From Octopus vulgaris (lineage: Eukaryota), in assembly GCA_951406725.2 (NCBI GenBank), contig OX597816.1:127162001-127226000 (forward strand): a stretch of DNA of 64,000 nt, in the 5' to 3' direction. The notes under the pieces were generated by a model. That model was not told the origin of the DNA. It was given only the letters and a program-made list of their open reading frames with translations, and searched no databases. The position numbers were made by a program, and so were the translations under genes. The stretch's first letter is position 1. Each line of letters opens with the position of its first letter. This document shows positions 56,198 through 64,000 of the stretch, in pieces.

Positions 56198-56367
56198 CCA
56201 GCGTTTAACGTCCTTCTTTCATGCTGTCATGGTTTGGAGAGTTTGATAGGAGCTTGCCAGACAGAAGCCTGCAACAGACTTCTGTGTCTGTTTTGGCATG
56301 GTCTTTTACAGCTGGATACTCTTCCTTGGACCAACCAATCCGCAGAGTAGGCTGAGTGCTTTTTACA
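56168..56367 (-). mobile_element. Older RTE 3' end
   Basis: (CAT)n gtttaacgtccttctttcatgct. Confidence 0.65.
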
Positions 56368-56741
56368 TGGTAATGGCTCAAAGAGCCATGGAGAGGTCAA
56401 TGCTTGGAATCTTGTTGAGAGAGCACATCAGTAGCGGGGTCACCAGAGAGAAGTCCGGCATGAGGGATGTCATCGTAGAATATACACACAGCAAATTTAG
56501 ATGGGCTTGTCATGTCCTCCGGCTCACCGATAATCAGTGGACCTGTGCAGTTGTTGAGTGGTACCTGCGCGAGTAGAAACAACCACTCGGAAGGCCTCCA
56601 CAACGGTGGAGTTACGATTTCAGGAGGGCAATTGGGATCACGTGGATGAGAAAGGCTTAATCCAGAGAGGAGTGGACATCATGCTGTGACCAGTGGTGTC
56701 AAATGGACGCCCGACGGACTGGTCGGTCAAGGTGATCAAGG

Positions 56742-56744
<3 letters not shown>
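56368..56744 (+). mobile_element. RTE-clade LINE ORF2 3' fragment (second family)
   Basis: AQRAMERSMLGI...KFRWACHVLRLTDNQWT...EWY...GRPPQRW. Confidence 0.85.
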
Positions 56745-56781
<37 letters not shown>

Positions 56782-56797
56782 GAAAAGTCATGTTTAA

Positions 56798-56835
<38 letters not shown>

Positions 56836-57885
56836 GAAAAGTCATGTGTAACTATATATATATGTATTATATTGTGTGAAATTTGATTTAGTATTTCTAA
56901 ATTGAATTTGTTTCCTTGTAAGTTTGGATTTTATTCCCTCAAATAATAATTATTATATATATATATATATATATATATGAATGAAAAGTCATGTGTAACT
57001 CAAGAGAACAATAACATTCAGTATGCAAAAATGCAGAAAGATAACAACAATGTTGCCATTAGTATTGATGATTATAATGAAGATGACACAGACAATCACT
57101 GGTGGTGGTGAAAGTGATGGTATACTTGAAGGTTGAATTAATCATAATTTCAGAATAACTTAAAAGTTATGTATTGGTGTAAGTAATAAGTTGTACATTC
57201 AAAAATAGACTGAATTCTGCAAGTGAATCTTCCATAAGTATTGCTACTACAATACAGTTCTTTTGAATGTACATGTAATGATAATAGTTTAGGGAGCAGG
57301 GAGTGTCTTTCAGTTTATTTGTTGGTTTCATTCTAAATGCCAAAGTTCAGAACTATATCCTTAAGAACTTTTGTAATCTGAATGTAATGGACTACCAGGT
57401 CTCATAGTATGTGTCCTCACTAGCTTTTATGTGTAGTGAGTCTTAAGAATAATCCATATTGCTGAAATTTTAGTAGTTTGAACTTCTGCAGTGATATTCA
57501 TGAATATGATTATAAATAAAAGAGTCTAAGAAAGATGCTTTGCAGTTGGTTATTTGTTGAATGAGATTTTTCATATTAAGAAAGCTATTAGCTGCAATCA
57601 TTTGATGTCTGTAATTCAGAAAATCAGCGGAAAGCTAGACTCCTAGCTTTCGTTAAATGACAAAGGTTATGTTAGGGAATACCATAGTCCAAGAACGAAC
57701 AAATGTGTGTGTGTGTGTGTGTGTGCATGTATGTATGTATATATCATCATTTTATATATATATAATAATAATAACATGAGGGAATATTATTCCAAACTTA
57801 CAAGGAAAAATTCAATTTAGAAATACTATGATAGATCGGTAGCCACTACACACATTTTTTTCTTTCCTTGTTTCTTTCTTTGTTC

Positions 57886-57921
57886 CTTTCTGTAGAAGAG
57901 CATAGGCTCAAAACGTAAAAG
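57886..57921 (+). ncRNA. Variant minimal hammerhead-like motif in a Penelope-like repeat (~57765-58016)
   Basis: cttt-CTGTAGA-a-gagc(atag)gctc-AAAACGT-a-aaag. Stems I and II pair and helix III is palindromic ACGT, but the core deviates. Confidence 0.4.
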
Positions 57922-58012
57922 ACTTTTTCAATTCCTGAGCGTTATACTAATACATCTGTTTGTTTTTTACACCACCTGTCTTCATCTTTTGTTTGTATTT
58001 TTCGTGAATTCT

Positions 58013-58053
<41 letters not shown>

Positions 58054-58270
58054 CATTTTTCATCATTTAACATCTAGGTTCTTTGCTGGCATGGGTTAGA
58101 TGGGGATCTGGCGGGTCAGAAGATTGCATCATCCTCTATGATTTCTACAGCTTATGCCCTTCCTTTTTGTATGACATATTAGTTATTCATGATTAAATCC
58201 TTGAAAAAAATGTTATGGTTTATTGATATATTGAATAAAAATTTCAGTTTGTAATAACCATATATAGCTT

Positions 58271-58657
58271 TATTCTCTTACTTGTTTCAGCCCTTTTGAA
58301 TGTGGCCATGCAGGAGCACTGCCTTAAAGGGTTTTTAGTTGAAGCAATCAACCTCAGAACTTATTCTTTGTAAGCCTAGTGCTTATGCTATCAGTCTCTT
58401 TTGCCAAACAGCTAAGTTATGGAGACATCGGTTATCAAATGATGCTGGGGGGATAAACACAGACACAAAAACACACAAATAAATATAAACAAGCACACAC
58501 ACACACACACACATATATACACGATGGGCTTCCTTCAGCTTTGGTCAGCCTGAGGCTATTGTTGAAGACACTTGCCCAAGTTAACATGCAGTGGGACTGA
58601 ACCCAGAACCATGTTGTTGAGAAGCAAACTTCGTACCACACAGCCACATCTGCACCT
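58271..58657 (-). mobile_element. SINE family A
   Basis: Reverse-complement homolog of 12040-12430. Confidence 0.8.
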
Positions 58658-59024
58658 ATATATTTAGCTCAATTTTATTCATAAAGGCTTCAACATTTTG
58701 ACTTTTTTCCTTCAAACTACTATTTGGAAAACATCATAAAGGTTTGGTTGTATTTATTATACTAGCTTTCTTAGTTTATTTATTTTTAATTATTGTTTTC
58801 CTACACCTCTGTTATTTGTCAGTAAGTTTCTTACATTATCTCTCATTTTCTTGTCTTTTTATACTCCAACTAAAAGAGGACGTATTCATTACTTTAGTTA
58901 GGCTTGTTGTAAAGAGAAACGTATGTAGCAATGACCTGGTTGTGAAAGAATTAGAGAGGATTTAGAATATGTAGAAAAAGTATTGAGTAAGTTGCTATGA
59001 ATGGAATTGGTGTAGTAAAACACT

Positions 59025-59766
59025 GAGTAGCGTAAGCACTCTGAGAGAAAAGTTGGACTTAAGAAGTATCAGATGTGGTGTGCAAGAGAGACGACTGCAC
59101 TGGTATGGTCACGTGTTGCAAATAGATGAGGACAGCTGTGTGAAAATGTGTCACACTCTAGCAGTTGAGGGAACCTGTAGAGGAGGTAGACCCAGGAAGA
59201 CCTGGGATGAAATGGTCAAGCACGACAAGTGACCAAGACCTTTGGAGATATGCTATACTTGAAAAGACTCAGCAAGCCGAGTGAGACCATAACCGTGTCC
59301 TCTGCCAGTGCTGTATAACCAGCCCATTTAAGAGTACCCTTCAATCATTGGACAATAAACTATGCTTGCAAAGACCTGTTGAGACAAGTGAAATCACTTC
59401 CGTGGCTGATGACAGTACTACCTGATTGATACCCATGCCGGTAGCATGTAAATAGCACCATTCGAGTGTGGTCATTGCTAGTGCCGCCAGACTAGCTCCT
59501 ATGCAGGTGGTACGTAAAAAGCCCCATTTGAGCATGGTCGATGCCAGTACTGTCTGACTGGCCCTTGTACCAGTGGCATGTAAAAGCACCCACTATACTC
59601 TTGGAGTGGTTGTTGTCAGGAAGGGCATCCATCTGTAGAAACTTGCCAGATCAGATTGGAGTCTGGTGCAGCCTTCTGGCTCGCCTTCCCTCAATCCAAC
59701 CGTCCAACCCATGCTAGCATGGAAAGCAGACATTAAACGATGATAATGATGATGATGATGGTGATG
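59025..59766 (+). mobile_element. RTE LINE 3' end (ORF2 C-terminus, 3' UTR, (GAT)n tail)
   Basis: LREKLDLRSIRCGVQERRLHWYGHV...GRPRKTWDE, then a UTR with repeated ggcacgtaaaaagcacc-like modules. Confidence 0.9.
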
Positions 59767-62430
59767 AAGGTAATTGTCAGTATCTGAGAAGTTAATTTTT
59801 TGGAAATTACTTGTATTATTGTTGAATTCCAGAAGATAGAGAGGGTGTTGGAGATTGCTGTTTGAGGGTGATATGAAGAATACCACAGTACGAGACACTT
59901 TATAGAATGGAAGTAACTGTAAAAGATTAGTAATTTCAACTAATGTATGTCAATTATATTCTGTGCTCTTACAATTCATTTACATGATCAGACTTAAATG
60001 TAAAACTATTTTAAATTTATTAGTAGATTCATTTTATTTTTGGTACTATAACATTTCATGTCCACATTTTGATGACACAGCAACAAAATTTTGTGTCAAA
60101 CAAATTCCTGATATCTTCCAATTTTAACTCCTGAAACAAAATGTCCAATATGAATAATTTAATTGTAGATGGAAGCTTAATGAAGTAATTAAACTTTATG
60201 TGGAATTTTAAGGCAGAACTATGCTGTAATGATGGCAACATATGTAATCTGTTTAACTGATGCCAGCTCTAAGAGTAAATCCTGCCAAGTTTGATTTAAT
60301 CTTGCAGTTGAAGTCAAGTGAATAAATACCTTAAAACTCTTCCAGGTCAATTTTGGCTCTTTTTTTTTTTGCTTGATTTTTTTATATTTTCTGATGAGCA
60401 ACAGAAATCATTCAGAAACAAATGCGTTACAATGTTGTAAGAGACAAGGATCATATTTTGTATCCAATCTAAAAATAATAACAATTCAAAACTTCAAAAC
60501 ATCCTGAAATTTTCACTATTTTCGTTGCATTATTTATGAAATATTTTATATCAGTTTATCTATTTTTCTTTTTCTTTTTAGCAATTATTGATATAACCTT
60601 AAAGTTTTTTTTCTTTTATATCATTTAATAAAAATCTTTCTAAAACAATATTATTCATTTGGTTATGATCAGAATATTCAGCCATATTTATGGATTTTGA
60701 GAATAAATGATTGAATAAACTTCAGTGACATTTGAGCAACCGAGTAAGCATGAATCAAAGTATAAAGAGAAATGAAATAGAAGAATTATTCTAAATGACC
60801 AATATTCTCAAGTGAAAAACATTAACCTTTCAAAATAAACCAATAATGGATTTGATTATTGGCAAGGTGTCACATTAGATGATATATTATATTAAAGAAG
60901 CTTATATGCATCATAAAGAACGATATGTAGTAGAATTTGAGCATCAGATCACATTTTATTTTTTAGATTAAACAGTATTAAACAGTAAGATTAAGCTTAG
61001 TTAAATACATACTAATTCTGCAGTTGTCTGCTGTCCTTATTGAATTTTAAATACATCAAACTGACTTCATTAGAAGTATAAGTTTACATGCTCATTTTGC
61101 TTTCCTGTTTTTCTAAAATTCTCATCTCCATTGTGTTAATTATTATGGTCTAAAAAGTAAAGATGAACAACAAAATGAACTTGATAATTTTCCAAATTTT
61201 TACATCCATGATGTGCAGCTACATGCTGGTAGCAGTGTATCTATATTACACATAATATCTTCTTTCTCTTTTTATTAGATATAAATTTTTTATATATTTT
61301 TATAATCAAACTGTATCTTGACTCCCATTCTCTATTTAATTTTCCTTTTTCTCTTTGCACTCAATATCATTCAATAACATAGAACATTACATTCAATAAA
61401 TTGGAAAGGAAAATTCTTTTTGACATCTTTCTGTCGGTTTATACTACACAGAAGAGGGCTTCATTTAATGTTTTGCTTTATTGCTAGCTCATGAGCACTT
61501 CAAATATCAGATTTCAAAGGATAATGTATTTTATAAAGTATTTTATAAACCATAATGGCTTAGAAAACCTTTTCACACATCATAAATTACTTTGAATTTT
61601 GGATAGAGTATAGAATTGAAGTTGTTTAAAAGCCTAGTAAATAAGATTGCCATGAATTAAGGTTTGAATTATTGACTCATGTTGATCTGGTTTATGACAT
61701 TTTAGGGATGAATTTATATATTAAATGTGATAAATGTACAAAAACTAAATCAACAGAAACTACATTTCAAGGTTATTGTGTTAATTAATTAATTAATTAA
61801 TTAATTATGCACAACACATACCCTTCTCTCAAAAGTTTTCTTGTTGATATGAAGATTGCCAACAGCTAGATTGTATCTTGCAAAGCAATTTAAATATTAC
61901 TATTTTCTAGCAGAGTCTCTTCACTAATTTGATACTGCAAATGTACCTGCAGAGAATTAAACATTATTGTGGAAAAACGAGTTTTAACTGAAGAAAAGAT
62001 TACTATTGCATACAACCTTGAGAAGATACAGGATTGATCATATTTAATATCAACCTGGGATGACAAATTCACTTTTTCCTAGGCATAGTGGAAAATTGTT
62101 TTAGTGCTGCATTTCCTTCATATCTCTATCAAGTCAATTAGCATTAAAACTTCTTGTCAGTCAATCAGAATATTGTAAATTGAGTTGTGTCTTACCCAAT
62201 ACAGTATCTATAATAAGGTTTCAAGTCCTAACTATGAAGTTAAAGTTCTAGTAGGTTATCCCATGGGATCTAATTATAGTTCTATTAAAGGAAAATAATA
62301 CATTTTATTTTAAAGGAATTGTTAATAGATGTCTCCTTACATGCAATTAGTTATTATATGGTAAAAGACCATGATTTGTTATTTCTTAATATGAAAATTA
62401 ATTTTATTTGCTGAAATTAATTGTGATCCA

Positions 62431-62655
62431 TTTCTTTTATTTTATTTTACTTGTTTCAGTCATTTGACTGCAGCTATGCTGGAGCACTGCCTTTAGTCGA
62501 ATCATATCGGCCCCAGGCCTTATTCTTTGTAAGCCTAGTACTTATTCTATCGGTTTCTTTTGCCAAACCACAAAGTTACAGGGACCTAAACACACCAGCA
62601 TCGGTTGTCAAGCGATGTTGGGGGACAAACACAGATACACAACATATACACACAA

Positions 62656-62698
<43 letters not shown>

Positions 62699-62870
62699 CA
62701 CATATATACGATGGGATTATTTCAGTTTCTGTCTACCAAATCCACTCACAAGGCTTTGGTCAGCCCAAAGCTATAGTAGAAGACATTTGCCCAAGGTGGC
62801 ATGCAGTGGGACTGAACCCAGAACCATGTGGTGGTAAGCAAGCTACATACCACACAGCCACTCCTGTGCC
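62431..62870 (-). mobile_element. SINE family A inserted in the SHOC1-like relic
   Basis: Full-length reverse-complement copy; accounts for ORFs 62451 and 62605. Confidence 0.85.
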
Positions 62871-64000
62871 ATTGTGTAATTTTTTAAGCTCTCTCATCAA
62901 AAATTCCTGTAAAGGAACATTGACTTACAAATATTTCTATTAATTATGAGTCAATAGAAATAAATAAAGTTCTAAACAGATAAAAACAAAAATTGATGAA
63001 ATAATGTTATCTAATCATTTTTTCCTGGTAATGTTTCCCAGTAACCTAAGTAAGATTCATTGTGTCAGTATCTCTAAAGAAGAAGCTTCTGTCTACGACA
63101 ATTCATGGGGTGCACTTCAAGACACTATAGTGTTTCAAAGTCCACATACACTAGTTATGAACACATGTCACTTTAAGGGAGATGTTTCTAATAATGAATA
63201 ACAACAGTGGTTAGATATTCATATTTGAATCTGTCAGAATGTAACTTGAATGAATAGATATGTTATTGCTTGGATCCTTGCTGTTTTTTGTGCATCCCAT
63301 TAATCGTTATCTATTTGGCAGACATCTGCACAAACCAACAAATAGTTTGTTGATTCCAGTAAAAACGAGCTCATGCTCTTGTGAGATTCATCATTTCAAG
63401 GTAAATTTGATTGAAGAGGTGCACAACACAGTTGAAATACCATGGTCTTTTGAAGTCTCCTTACACTGATGAACCTTGTGAGTTATGAATCCTCATCACT
63501 TCAAGGCCATAGTTATATTATTCTTATGTCTGTGCTTAATGTTAAATTATATTCCTCGCTTGTTTTGCTTGTTGATATTTTGCAGTAATTATAACTGTAG
63601 GTATATCTATATTAAATTTGAGACTAATTAAGTAAGTTTCCTGTCACTTAATAATCATTTTTTGATGTAAAATCTTTAAACAATTATAAAGTAACAGAAG
63701 TGTAACTATATATAACTTCTTGTATTATTCTACATTCTTAACACATTTCTTCATCATAAATCTTTGGTATGCATAAGATATTTCACAATATCAAATTATC
63801 AACCAGTATGTCCAGATGCACATTTTACTTGATAGAAGTTGTAAAATAAAAATCATTTCATGTATTGAGGATTAAAATAGCGATTTTTAAATTATTATTT
63901 TCAAAATGTGTAAAGAGAAAAGCAACTTCAATTTTCAGTGTAGACTGTCTTTTTATTTCCAGTTTTTATTGCAGTTAATTTAGCAACTGCCTCATCTATT

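Larger units (their letters stand above)
48770..63650 (-). pseudogene. SHOC1: Decayed SHOC1/C9orf84 (Zip2-like XPF-family meiotic crossover factor) gene, many stops and frameshifts, split by TEs and probable introns
   Basis: Collinear by-eye matches to human SHOC1 as recalled: DFKRPW (63440-63457) vs KFRRPW; RFLL (60626-60637); F*SFELLLFLDWIQNMILV vs FKHAALLHLLVTIRDVLLT; FKVFI...DLLLELASVKQITYVAI vs IKVLI...FLIKILNKIEGLTLTVL; VFFISPSNSNLQHPLYLLEFNNN (~59815-59885) vs [41 protein letters not shown] and ILNAMPLYH...LLVNTFSQHRKDLPSI (54391-54666) vs KLIIAPGVEATALIIRQI and MLNKGPSLH..ILLATLCQLQELLPEV; IPGR/NDG (~48790) vs VPGRVDG. Not database-verified. Confidence 0.68.

Noticed and set aside
60388-60420. 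CTGATGAgcaacaGAAA motif
   Set aside because: No pairing stem II, and it lies antisense within the SHOC1-like relic.
61400-62285. Apparent spliced exons resembling mid-SHOC1 motifs (IDTVLG|gt, VHLQYQI, NFPF)
   Set aside because: Better collinear matches to those motifs lie at 60760-59770. These are probably chance similarities within the poorly conserved N-terminal part, and a reminder that by-eye alignment can mislead.
48770-63650. Rescue of the SHOC1-like stops by A-to-I editing
   Set aside because: Editing could only convert stops to Trp. It cannot fix the many frameshifts or the SINE insertion.

Overview
This is a very AT-rich, microsatellite-dense eukaryotic window with no intact long ORF. 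The SINE/LINE repertoire and (TA)n/(CA)n/(GAT)n content suggest an octopod cephalopod, probably Octopus (inference). Most of it is intronic or intergenic and packed with decayed transposons: RTE, CR1 and R4/Dong-type LINEs, mariner/Tc1 remnants, piggyBac- and hAT-type MITEs, a Gypsy LTR element and several tRNA-derived SINE families. Three features stand out. (1) A heavily decayed minus-strand gene (~63650 to ~48770) whose fragments align collinearly, by eye and from memory, with the meiotic crossover factor SHOC1/C9orf84 (Zip2 homolog). (2) At least seven hammerhead-ribozyme-like motifs, one with a fully canonical core at 27318-27377; four of them lie in Penelope-style inverted duplications. 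(3) A plus-strand 54-nt exon at 28370 whose acceptor is fused to a perfect donor (AG|GTAAGT), the signature of a recursive splice site. All homology calls were made without databases and need computational confirmation.
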